Positions 12,608 through 25,312 of a stretch of DNA of 64,000 nucleotides are shown here, in pieces. The notes under the pieces are model-generated. The model was not told the origin of the DNA, ran no database searches, and saw only the letters and a program-made list of their open reading frames with translations. The stretch's first letter is position 1. Each line of letters opens with the position of its first letter. This DNA is from the human T2T-CHM13v2.0 reference genome, Homo sapiens. Where the stretch lies: the NCBI RefSeq assembly GCF_009914755.1, contig NC_060931.1; one strand, 5' to 3'. The position numbers were made by a program, and so were the translations under genes.

Positions 12608-13631
12608 GTTAAAGAGATCTGAGACATTTTATAATCAAATTCTTAAGTCAAAGACAAAGAGAGAATTTTGAAACTTATAAGAGAAAAGAAACTAATTAAT
12701 TCAAGCAAACCTTTATAAGGCTATCAACAGATTTATCAGCAGAAATGTATAGGCCAGGAGACAAGAGAAAGTGGAATGACATACTCAAAGTGCTAAAAGA
12801 ACAAAAAGCAAACTTACCAAACAACAATACTACAGTCAGCAAAGATGTTCTTCACAAATGGAGAAATAAGGACTTACCCAGACAAATCTGTGGGAGTTCA
12901 TCACCAGTGAACCTGCCTAATGAGAAAAGGTAAAGAGAGTATAGGAATGTGAAAAGCTTAATGTAAAGGTAAGAATGTAGTCAAATTTAGAATTCTCTAA
13001 TACTGTAATGGTGTTTCATAAATCACTTGTAACTCTAGAATGATAATTGAAAGACAAAAGTATTAAAAATGAATATAGCTATAATAATTTGTTAATGGAT
13101 ACACAATATATAAAGAGTGTAAATTATGAAACTGATACCATAATATGTTGGGAAGAAAAGTCGATGTTTAGCGTTTTCATTGTGATGAAGTTAAGTTGTT
13201 ATCAGATTCAAATAAACTCATAACTATAAGATGCTTTATGTAAGCCTGATGATAATCACAAAAACATCCCAAAACCTATAGTAGATATACAAAAATAACT
13301 AGCACTACAAAAAAAATCAAATCATAAAGGGAAAAAGCAAATGAGAAAGAAAGGAACAAAGGAACTATAAAATAGTAAGAAAACTATTAAAATGGCAGTA
13401 GTAAGTCCTTAAATAATAAAGTAATCATTTGAAATAATTATTTTAAATGTAAATGAATTAAATTATTCAATCAAAAGACATAGATAACTGAATGAATAAA
13501 AACACAAGATCCAACTATATGCTGCCTACATAATAGTCACTTAGCTTTAAGGACACATATAGGCTGAAACTGAAGTGATGGAAAAAATATGCAAATGAAA
13601 GGAAAATGATGGCAGGTGTAGCTATACTTAA

Positions 13632-13794
13632 ATATTTTCTATTGTTTTACTAATCCCTATTTTATTCATTTTGGCTCCAATCTTTATCAGTTCCTTCCTT
13701 TTTCTGACTTAGTTTCTACTTCCTTGAGGTGTACAGTTAGATTGTTTATTTGAGATTTTTCTTTTTTTCTTAATGTAGGCATTTATGGTTATAA
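13632..13794 (-). mobile_element. Short antisense L1 ORF2 fragment embedded in the host L1MA endonuclease region
   Basis: Reverse complement (TTATAACCATAAATGCCTACATTAAGAAAAAAAG...) is homologous to the ORF2 segment at ~14430-14600 of the host; no poly-A and no TSD. Confidence 0.8.
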
Positions 13795-15475
13795 GTCAAA
13801 GCTGTAAAAAGAGACAAAGAAAATTATTATACAATAATAAAGTGATCAATTCATCAAGTGTATATAGCAATTGTAAATATATATGCACCCAACATCAGAG
13901 TGCCTAAATATATAAAGTTCATATTAACAGAACTGAAGGGAGAAATAGCAATGCAATAACACTAGGGAAATACAATGCCCTACTTTCAACAACAAATAAA
14001 TTATTCAGATAGATAGTCAATAAGGAAACTTTGAATTTGAACTACACTTTACACCAAGTAAGTCTAATAGACATATACAGAACATTCTACCCAGAAACAG
14101 AAGAATACACATTCTTTTCAACTCACATTGAACATTCTCCAGGATAGAATATACATTAGGCCACAAAGCAAATCTTAGAAATTTAAGAAGATTTAAATAA
14201 TATCGAGTATCTTTTCTGACCACAATAGTATTAAATTAGAACTTAATGACAACAGAAAAACTGAAAAATGCACAAATAGGTGGAAATAAAACAGACACCT
14301 GAAAAACAAATGACTGAAAGAAGAAATCAAAAGGAAAATCAATCAAAAATATCTTCACACAAATGAATATGTAGATACAACATACCAAAGATTATGAAAT
14401 ATAGCAAAGCAGTTCTAAAAGGTAAATATAAAGCAATACACACCTACATTAAGAAGAAAAAAAGATCTCAAAGAAACAACTAAACTTTACACTTCAAGAA
14501 AACAGAAATGAAGAACAGCCTAAGCCCAAAATCAGAAAAAGAAAAAAAAATAAAGATTAGAGCAGAAATAAATAAAAGAGAAACTAGTAAAATAATAGAA
14601 AAGACCAATTAAACTAAGAGGTGTTTCTTTGAAAAGATAAATAAAATAGACAAATCTTTAGCTAGACTTACAAAAAAAAAATCCCAGAGAAGATCCAAAT
14701 AAGTAAAATGAAAGAGGAGACATTACAACTGATATCACAGAAGGACAGAGGATTATAAGAAACTATTATGAACAATTATACACCCAAAAATTTGATAACC
14801 TAGAAGAAATGGATAAATTCATAGATGCATACAACTCACAAAAACTAAATTCTGAAGAAAGAGAGAATGTGAACAGATCAATAATAAGTAGGGACATTGA
14901 ATCAGTAATCAATAATCTCCCAACAAAGAAAAGCTCAGGACATGATGGCCTACTGGTGAATCCTACCAAACACTTGAATAAATGCCAATTCTTCTCAAAC
15001 TCTTCCAAAATATTGAAGACAAAGGAACACTTCCAAACTCATTTTACATGACCATAATTACCCCAATACCAAAGCCAGACAAGGATACTACAAGAAAAGA
15101 AAATTTCAGGCCAATATCCCAGATAAAGATACATGCAAGAATTCTCAACAAAATACTAGCAAACTGAATTCAACAGTGCAGTAAAGGATCATACACGATG
15201 TTTCTATCTGGGATGCAAGAATGATTCAACATACACAAATCAATAAATGTGGTACATCATATTAACAAAATAAAGGATAAAGATCCTATTACCATCTCAA
15301 TAGATTCAGAAAAGCCATCACAAAATTCAAGTATCTTCTATGGTAAAAACTCCCAACAAATTAAGTATATAAGGTATTTACCTCATTGTAACAGAGGCCA
15401 TATGTGACAAACCCAGAACTAGTATACTCAATGGTGGGAAGCTGAAAGTTTTTTCTGTAAATCTGGAGCAAGACA

Positions 15476-15815
<340 letters not shown>

Positions 15816-17459
15816 TCAATACAGTACTAGAAATCCGAGCAAGAGCATTTAGGCAAGAAAAAGAAATAAAAGGCATACAAAATAGAAAAGAAGAAGTGAA
15901 CTGTTTTTGTTTGCAAATGACATAATTTTACAGATATACAAAACCTTAGAATTCCACTAAAAAACTGTTAGAAGTAACAAATGATTTCAGTGAAGTTGCA
16001 AGGTACAAAATCTATATATAAAAACCAGTAGCATTTTTATATACTAACAAAAAAAACTATTATATAAAAAAGCCAACAAATCAATCACATTTATAATAGC
16101 AACAAAAGGAATAAAATATTTAGGAATAAATTTAACTCAGGAGGTGAAAAGTCTGTATACTAAACATTATAGAATATTGATGAAAGAAATTGAAGAAGAC
16201 ACAAATAGAAAGATATTCTGTGCTCATTAATTGGAAAAATTAATATTATTGAAATGTTCATATTACCCAAGGCAATCCACAGATTCAGTAGAATTCCTAT
16301 AACATTTCCAATATTTTTCACTGACATAGAAAAAATCCTAAAATTTATATAGAACCATAAAAGACCCTGAATAGCTAAAGCAATCTTGAGCAAAAAGAAC
16401 AAAGCTGGAGGCACTGCTTTACCTGATTTCAAGATCTACTACAAAGCTATAGTAATCAAAACAGCATGGTACTTGTATAAAAACAGTCATATAGACCAAT
16501 GGAACAGAATAGGTAGCCAATAAATAAATCCACACATTTACAGTCAATTGATTTGCAGCAAAGACACCAAGAACATACAATGGGTAAAGGACAGCCTTTT
16601 CAATAAGTCGTTCTGGGAAAACTGGATATTCACACACAGAGCAATGAAATTAGACCTTGTCTCACACGATATACAAAAATAAACTCAAAATGGATTAAAG
16701 ACATATGTAAGACCTGAAACTGTAAAACTACTAGAAGAAAACAGAGAGAAAGCTCTATGACATTGGTCTGGGCAATTTTTTTTGATATGACCCCAAAAGC
16801 ACAGGAAACAAAAGCAAAAATAAAGAAGTGGTATGACATCAAACTAACAAGCTTCTGCTACACAGCAAAGGAAACAATCAACAGAGTGTAGAGACAACCT
16901 AAATAATGAGACAGAATATTTGCAAATCATGTGACTGATGAGGGGTTTATATCCAAAATACATAAGAAACTCAAACAACTTTATAGCAAGAAAACAAATA
17001 ACCCAATTAAAAATGTGCAAAGTACCTGAATAGACATTTCTACAAAGAAGGCATACAAATGGCCACCAAGTATACAGAAAAATGCTCAACATTACTAATT
17101 AGCAGAAAAATGGAAATCAGAACCACAATGAGATATCACCTCCCACCTGCTAGAATGGCTGTTATCAAAAATTTTAAAAATAAAAAAACAAGTATTGGTG
17201 AGGATGTGGAAAACAAACACTTGTACATGGTTAGTGGAAACGTAAGCTAGTTGAGTCATTATGGAAAACAGCACGGAGATTCTGCAAAAAATTAAAAATA
17301 GAATTACTATAAGATCCAGCAATTTGGTTTCTGGGTATATATCCAGAGGAAATGAAGTCGATGTGTCATTAATGTATCCTATTCCCATGTCTACTGCAGC
17401 ATTCTTTACAATAGCCAAGAGATGGAATCAACCTAAGTGTCCATGGACAGATAATGTTA

Positions 17460-17575
17460 TGTACATACACTATTATATATACATAATACCATATATATTA
17501 TTATATACAGACTATTAGACTATTTTATACATATATAGTCTAGTCTATATAATAGTCAGACTATTAAATATAATA

Positions 17576-17612
<37 letters not shown>
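17460..17612. repeat. AT-rich quasi-palindromic low-complexity tract ending in (TA)n
   Basis: AGACTAT / ATAGTCT inverted motifs; (TA)n at ~17582-17612. Confidence 0.85.
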
Positions 17613-17616
<4 letters not shown>

Positions 17617-18573
17617 GAAAATTATTTAGTCTTTAAAAAGCAAGATATCCTATTATTTGAGCAACAGGGATAAAGCTGGAGTACTTTATGTTAAGTGAAA
17701 TAAGCCAGGCACAGAAAGACAAATACTCAAATGTGGAATCTAAAAAAGCAGAACTCATGGAAGCAGAGAGTAGAATGGTGGTTGCCAGGGACTGAGACTG
17801 GTGGGAAAAATAGGGTGATATTAGTCAAAGGGTACAAAAGTGTAGTTAAGCAGGATGAATACGTTCTGGAGAGCTACTGCATACCATGGTGACTATAGTT
17901 AACAATACAGTATTGTATACTCGAAATTTGCTGAAAGTAGATTTTTAAATGTTCTCACTACACGAAAAAGGGTAACTATGTCAGGTAATGAATATGTTAA
18001 TTAGCTTAATTGTACTCATTTCACAATGTATATGCATCTCAAACATCACTTCAACATATAAAGTTTTATTTGTAAAACCTCAATAAAGCTGAAAAAAAAG
18101 AGAAACACTTCTTTCTCTAAAAGGTACAGATAAAATATAAACACCTTTTATCCAACTAAAACTGCTAAAAACACTATGATTAGTCTTAATACTTTTTTCC
18201 TATATTAAGATTTTCTTTGTGGACAATTCTATTATTTTATAAATACCTTATTTTTTCCTTTACTATTCTTAATTTGCTTAGATTTTATTTTTACTTGTCT
18301 TTTGCATTTGCTAGAAACTTCAATGATCCATGTATTTTTATATAGTCAATTGATTACATATTGGACATGAAATCAGTAAGATTTTTAAATCCTTAATAAT
18401 GGCTTAAAAGGAATCCCAGAGGACCCTGCAGGCCTCAAACCTCAACTCTGTTTGACAGTGAGGTTCATTTTTGAACCTCACTGTTCACTTGTTTTGCTTC
18501 CCTCATTCATATAAGTAAATATATCTGAGATACATTATTTTTGTTACCTAATCAGATCAGCTAATGATTTTAG

Positions 18574-19947
18574 TTGATCTTGGTTTTCATGTGATGAAAA
18601 ATAACTGCAAACATACTATTTTGTATGGTCTACCTGATCATTTTGGCCTTTGTTGTTGTTTTTAGCATTAGGTGTAATGTTATAGACACCATCACCCAAT
18701 TCATACTGATTTCCACACTCATTTAGATTAACAGGAGCATGGTGAGTTCTCTATATGAAGCATAGAATAAATTCTAGAATACTAAATAGAAGAGCCATTC
18801 TCTTACATGTGAATGGCATAATGAACTATGCTAATAATGTTCAGCAGCACAGAGGACCCACTGGATCTACACTAAGGTACAGAAAAAAAAAACGGGTTTC
18901 AGAGTTGACTCACCAAATTGATGTTAATGTGACTGAAAATTCCTTCTCTTAGAATAGCAAATACCCCTTATAAAATCTTATTTACACCTAACTCACTTGC
19001 CAACATGGTTTATCTCTAAATTGCATAAATAGCATTCTTCCTTTTCAAATTATCTCAAATACTTTACTAATAGACTCTAAATTAATAAGGATTTGCTGTA
19101 TTTCAGCTACTCCATAATCAAATAGGCAATTTTTTGTCAGCTTAGAATGAAAGCCTTTTAGTTGTTTAAAAAAACTAAAAATAACAAAAATTAATAAAAT
19201 GTAAACTATGTTAGGGCATCACTTTCCTGATTTTTTATGCACTATGATAGAAATATAAAATATAAACACAAAATACCTTCTTTGTTATACATAGAAATTT
19301 TCTATTTTATGTTGCTTCTCAGCAGGAAAACATTTTCAAATGAATGTGCAAAATAATGAGATAAAGGAATGCTTAAAAACATTTTCTTAAATTTAGCCTT
19401 TAAGAAACATATATACATGTTTCTTAAACATATACATATATAGAGAACATATGTATATGTTCTCTATATATATAAGTGTTAATCATATAAAGTGGTATGG
19501 AGTAGTGGTGATGTAAGATCATACAGAACAGCAACAAAAAAAGTCTTGGGGGTGAACTTTCAAGCATGTTTTTAATAAATTATATAATTTCAGTTTTAAA
19601 TATGTGTATATATAATTTTAAAAATAGATGTTACTAAGCATCATCTTACATGAAAATAACTACTCTCAGGCATGTGTTTTGCCCCTCCATGTTCTTCTTT
19701 TCTGATTATGAAAGTGAGTTTCTGATGAGCTGATTTCAGGGGATTTAGCTGGGTTTACAGCAGCAAGTGGAAGGAATTTCAAGCATTGCCTTCTAACACG
19801 TAGATACACGGGGCATGTGGGTGGCACATTCACAACTGGATCCGGACGGAACAGTCTCCAGACTATTCCAACCAGATCAGAAGTTTTACCTTGGGGTCCA
19901 TGAATAGGCTTTGTCTTCGGAATACCTGAAACTGTGCTCATCTTTTG

Positions 19948-19993
<46 letters not shown>

Positions 19994-20314
19994 CCTCTCT
20001 CTCTCTTTCCTTTTTAAGGAAGACAACTCAGATGTTTCTATCAGAGTCTCAGTGGCGTCTAAGACCTGAGGAAGTGAAAGCACTCCTTAGCTAGAGAAAG
20101 ACAAAAACACACCTCTGAGTAACTCCGCCTGGTGTATTTGACACGGTCTCCTTTTCTTAGGACCTGTGAGAAGGTACAGACGTTTATTCAAACAGAAAAG
20201 GAAAGCATCTCTGCACATTCCCGCAAACCCTACGCCATCTTTTAAAATGTTAAAATTCAAGAGTTTGGAGTGTTTTTCACAGCGGGAGGGGAATCCTAGG
20301 AATTGCTTAATAAA
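18574..20314 (+). pseudogene. Possible final exons of the same decayed gene (18574 or 18666-18741; 19670-19713; 20161-20245 plus AATAAA 20309-20314)
   Basis: Strong donors ATG|GTGAGT (18742) and AAA|GTGAGT (19714); acceptors TACTCTCAG (19669) and CTCCTTTTCTTAG (20160). Phases 0 and 2 join; the last exon reads KTCEKVQTFIQTEKESISAHSRKPYAIF* followed by AATAAA. No recognisable homology. Confidence 0.3.
19950..20006. repeat. (CT)n/(GA)n microsatellite
   Basis: Direct reading of the sequence. Confidence 0.95.
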
Positions 20315-20322
20315 AAAACCTA

Positions 20323-21554
20323 GGCAGCCCCGGAGTCAAAGCCGGTTCCCGGCCTGATCCCGTCCCGCAACAGCCTGCCTCCTCTTTCCTTTCAACATGA
20401 CAGATGCCGCTGTGTCCTTCGCCAAGGACTTCCTGGCAGGTGGAGTGGCCGAAGCCATCTCCAAGACAGCGGTAGCGCCCATCGAGCAGGTCAAGCTGCT
20501 GCTGCAGGTGCAGCATGCCAGCAAGCAGATCACCTCAGCTAAGCAATACAAGGGCATTATAGACTGCGTGGTCGTATTCCCAAGAAGCAGGGAGTCCTGT
20601 CCTGGCGCGGTAACCTGGCCAATGCCATCAGATACTTCCCCACCCAGGCTTTTAACTTCGCCTTCAAAGATAAATACAAGCAGATCTTCCTGGGTGGTGT
20701 GGACAAAAGACTCAGTTTGGGCGCTACTTTGCAGGGAATCTGGCATCAGGAGGTGCCGCTGGGGCCACATACTTGTGTTTTGTGTACCCTCTTGATTTTG
20801 CCCGTACCTGTCTAGCAGCTAATGTGGGTAAAGCTGAAGCTGAAAGGGAATTCCGAGGCCTCTGTGACTGCCTGGTTAAGATCTACAAATCTGATGGGAT
20901 TAAGGGCCTGTACCAAGGCTTTAACGTGTCTATGCAGGGTATTATCCGAGCTGCCTACTTCGGTATCTATGACACCGCAAAGGGAATGCTTCCGGATCCC
21001 AAGGACACTCACATCGTCATCAGCTGGATGACCACACAGACTGTCACTGCCTTTTCTGGGTTGACTTCCTATTCATTTGACATCGTTCGCCTCTCGTGAT
21101 GATTCAGTCAGGGCGCAAAGTAACTGACATCATGTACACAGGCACACTTGACTGCTGGAGGAAGATTGCTGGTGATGAAGGAGGCAAAGCTTTTTTCAAG
21201 GGTTCATGGTCCAGTGTTCTCAGAGGCATGGGTGGTGCTTTTGTGCTTGTCTTGTTTGATGAAATCAAGAAGTACAGGTAAGTTATTTCCTGGGTGTTTT
21301 TCCCCCTGTGAACAGGCATGTTGTATTATATAACATATCTTGAGCATTCTTGACAGACTCCTGGCTGTCAATTCATGAATGGCAACTGTTTGTTGGTAGA
21401 AAATGGGAAACAATAATATTCATCTGACCAGTTTTCTCTTAAAGCCATTTTCATGATGATGACGATGATGGGACTCAATTATATTTCTTATTTCAGCCAC
21501 TCCTGATAAACAACAAATTTGGAGAAATAAAAATATCTAAATACAAAAATTTTT
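20323..21554 (+). pseudogene. SLC25A5P: Processed pseudogene of SLC25A5 (ADP/ATP translocase 2, ANT2)
   Basis: Intronless; ATG 20397 [18 protein letters not shown]..., [38 protein letters not shown], stop 21279-21281. Frameshifts near 20575, 20710 and 21095 (RRRMMM signature destroyed). 5' and 3' UTRs present, AATAAA 21526-21531, decayed A-tail, TSD AAAAACCTA (20314-20322 / 21555-21563). Paralogue number not determinable. Confidence 0.97.
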
Positions 21555-21688
21555 AAAAACCTATGGCTTTTTATTTACTAACAAATTTAACCATGGTTAT
21601 GATGTGCACCCTTCATTACACAAACGTCCATAATGAAAATTCCCTATGTATGTAAAGTTATGCATATTTAAAAGACTAAATAGAATAT

Positions 21689-21862
<174 letters not shown>

Positions 21863-22426
21863 TAACAATAATCACATTTTAACTTTCTGATTATTTTTGC
21901 ATTGAAGATAACAGCTAAAACTTTGTCCAATGTAAAATGGAGAGAGATCTGTTGTCAGTTATAAGTGGCACAAGGGTTTGAACAACCTTTCCCAAAAGAA
22001 CAACTGAGAAAGCTGAAGAAAGTATTTTAAGTATGTATATTAAGGCAACGTAAAGTCAAAGAGATGGTGAAGAATTATATATTTGAGACTCCCAGGAAAA
22101 AGAAAATTCAGAGATCTGAACCCTGTTTTTTACGTATTTCCTGGCAGAATCTGCTCATTTAGGGGAGGCTCAGAGAGACTGAGAAAGTGAAAAATGTGTT
22201 CTAATGACTCACGCTGCTAAGAAGAAAAACAATCCAGACTTGGAGCCCATTAAGAAGGGAGAACGGGTTGAAATTTTGAAGAGTGGCACCATAGGGAAGC
22301 AGTTTTCAAAGTGTGATCCAGGTAACCTAGATAATTTTTCCTCACCTAAGTTCTAGAACGAAGCACAGAGGAACAAAATGGTGAAAAACAAAAGATCTAA
22401 CATACATAAATTGGAGTCTTGAAGGT

Positions 22427-22790
22427 TGTGTAGAAAAAACAACCTGTTTACCACACTCAGCACTTCACTCCAATGTCAAATGTGTAAAATCTCATGTGTG
22501 CGGTATGCGGGTCTGTGTGTGATATGAGTGTGTGTTTCCCACACCGACTAATTCTCCAATTCTCCAAACACCAACTGGGTATCTTAAATTCAGTTATGAT
22601 ACTAACTACCTGAAGTTAATGCAGACCCCATAGGTAAAGAGATCAGTCCCACAAAACTGTCCCCCACTTCAGACACTCAACACAAGTAGTGGGTCCTTAT
22701 GTTACCCAGATTTCTGTCCAACTTGGCTACAAGTCAGGGGTTCCCATGAACCCCTCCTTAACTTCAATATTTTGCTAGAATGGCTCACAG
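22427..22790 (-). mobile_element. MER21-like LTR, 3' half
   Basis: CAGTCCCACAAAACTGTCCCCCACTTCAGA and TTGCTAGAATGGCTCACAG match the reverse complement of the recalled MER21 LTR. Confidence 0.7.
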
Positions 22791-23134
22791 AGCAATGAGT
22801 TCATAAGATCAGAGATTCTCCCTTCTACCAGAAGGGGCTGTCCCCTGACTTACCTTGTATGGGAGATCAGAAGACGCCTTGCAGAGAGGGGCGGTGGTTT
22901 GATCCACTTGGGGATCTTCTGGGTGTCTGGACCAAGCTGGGGGCCACCATTATTCGTGGGCCATCTTGTCTCTCTGGCAGAGGAATTGAATAAATCTATC
23001 ACTCAAGGTTTCCTTTTCCACCCCAAATCCACTGCTGGTTCGTTTCCCAAGGACTCCTGAGTACTACAAACCCATTAAAACACTGCGGCTTTACTGGTCT
23101 GTGGCTATAGAAACTACCCAGTCACCTAAGGACT

Positions 23135-23300
23135 ATTTATTGAGTACCACAAATTACTGATTTCAGCACCAGGGAGCAAAAAGACAAATATCCCTGTCCT
23201 GTGGCACTTACATTCTAATGGGCTAGACAGAGAAACAACAATATGCATTAAAGTAATTCATTCACGCAATGCTATAAAGAGATTAGATGTGTGGGGAAAT
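23135..23300 (-). mobile_element. L2 3' fragment
   Basis: TATTTATTGAGTACC...AAGACAAATATCCCTGTCC...CTTACATTCTA motif order. Confidence 0.6.
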
Positions 23301-25269
23301 TTTAGAGGGATGTAGTGAACCAGTGGGAGGAAAAGTGGAAATGTAAATTATTTAAATGGAGTTGCCAGGACAGAACTTCTCCAGAAGATGATTAGAACCA
23401 TTTGACTTTTCAGAGCCCTGAAAGTCAAAAGTACGCTACCTGACCTCCAGAGGTTCTGGGAGGATAACAAGGGGTAAGGCACTTCCAACTCCTCTGACAA
23501 CTTGAAATCCCCAATTTGTGTAACCTCTTGTCTCAGGTTGTTTTCTGTGTACATTAGTGCCAGGTAAATAAAACATTTTCATGGTTTCTGTTCTTACAGT
23601 GTCCTTTGAAACAGTCTAAAGTGAAATCAATTCCCTAGAAATATTTTATTCTAGTCAAACCAACCAGCCCCTTTATTTCCTATCTTTTGACAACTTTTAG
23701 TTGCCGTTTGTAAGAGGTTTGTGCAAACTGCAATTACATCCAGCACATAATACTAGAAGCCCATTGGTACCCCATGGATTGAGAAGGCTTCACAAAATAA
23801 TGTTTCTGGATATGGAAATAAATTTTGTTGAATGGAAAATCACTTATCAGAAAATCTAAAGCACATTTTCCCCCATCAGCCAAATTGTTCCAAAACTTTA
23901 CAAAAAACAAAATGGTATCAGCTTTTAGTAACTCTAATACATTCCTTTATTGCAGACAGCTTTCTGAATCACGTTAAAACCACAGGATTGGAGTTGCCAC
24001 AGGTTGCATTTTATCAGCACAAACGAGGGTGTTATTTTTTTCTTTTGCCATACAAATTAGAGCGATTATTTCAATTCAAGCTGTGATAGTTCTGGGGAGA
24101 ATGATTGCACATATATTATCCAAAAAAGAAAAAAAACAAAAAAGAAAAGCTCACAGTAGGAATCTGCAATGCAGTGTTTAGTTTTGTTTGTGTTTGTTTT
24201 TTTTTAAACCCAGCTACTTAGCAGTAATTTATTGGCCTATTACTTCCACACTTTTCTGAATTCAGAAAGTCTATACTTGTCATGTTTACAACTAAACATA
24301 CTCATAATCCTTTCTCTGCAATGAAACTTTGAGAAAGCCATAAACCAAAGTAAACATCAATTAAAAGATGCTGACTGTAAATTTAGAGGACATTCAATAA
24401 AATATTCTCAAAAACTCTCTTCTCTAAAGTTTCATAGAGTCCAATATACAGGTAATAAACCCTTCAACTAGTGCTAATGCATGTTACAGAGCTTCTTGCT
24501 CTGTGCTGAGGGGTATTCAAAAGAAATGGACACAGAACTACCTGTAAAAATGCTTTTCCTCACCAAACTCCCTCTAATAGTTTTCAACACAAAATCAGAT
24601 TAGCGAGAAGTTCAGGAAGACCTGCAGCCTACACTGAAATATCCGAGTGTAGGACAGAATTCATAGAATGAATTTCCTCCTCACTTTTTTATGTATAAAT
24701 GACTTTTCTTATAAACCTCAAAAATTAGACACTTTTGCTTGAAATTTTGAAATCTATTTTATTCTTCATATTAATTAAATAAAAAATTTCAAATTAAATT
24801 GGAAATAAAATTTATACCCATTAGAAGGTCATTTATACTTTCTTCTGATCCCATCACAAAATTTAGGCACCAGCAGATGGAGGAATTAGTGAAAAGCCAG
24901 GGAAGTTAGAGGCCTGGGTCTGTGCCACCGGGCAGCCCCAAGGACAGGAAGTCAGCTCCTCTCCTGCTGGTGTTAAGAGGGATGAGTGGAGAGCAGAAGA
25001 CTGGAGCGATGACAGTTAACATAGACAGTGCTGGAAGGTAATCCTTGATTCTTTACAAAACAGCTTTTTGGGGGGCACTGCTGGAGGTTCACTTAAGAAG
25101 AAGTAGACTCCCATGTCTAGGGAGGAAAAAAAAAGAAAAATATGTTTGATTACTAGTGAAATTAATAGAATTTGTACATAAATGTCATTTAGAAATCACT
25201 GACTTATGCAGTTTATCCATTTCTTTTTTGATATGTGTGGTTAATACCAGTTGGAACCAAATGCTTGTA

Positions 25270-25312
25270 TTAGGTTGGTGCAAAGAGCACTATTACTTTT
25301 GCACCAACCTAG
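25270..25312. mobile_element. Internally deleted MADE1 (Hsmar1 MITE)
   Basis: TTAGGTTGGTGCAAA ... TTTGCACCAACCTAG terminal inverted repeats flanked by TA on both sides. Confidence 0.85.

Noticed and set aside
18100-18130. TSD for the L1MA element (AAAAACTCTTTG at ~10578 versus AAACACTTCTTTC)
   Set aside because: Too degenerate and AT-rich to support.
19666-19941. Minus-strand 91-aa ORF MSTVSGIPK... downstream of the GA repeat
   Set aside because: No recognisable homology, only a weak donor after MSTVS, and no supporting minus-strand exons found.
20397-21281. Functional ANT2 retrogene
   Set aside because: At least three frameshifts, small deletions and loss of the RRRMMM signature.
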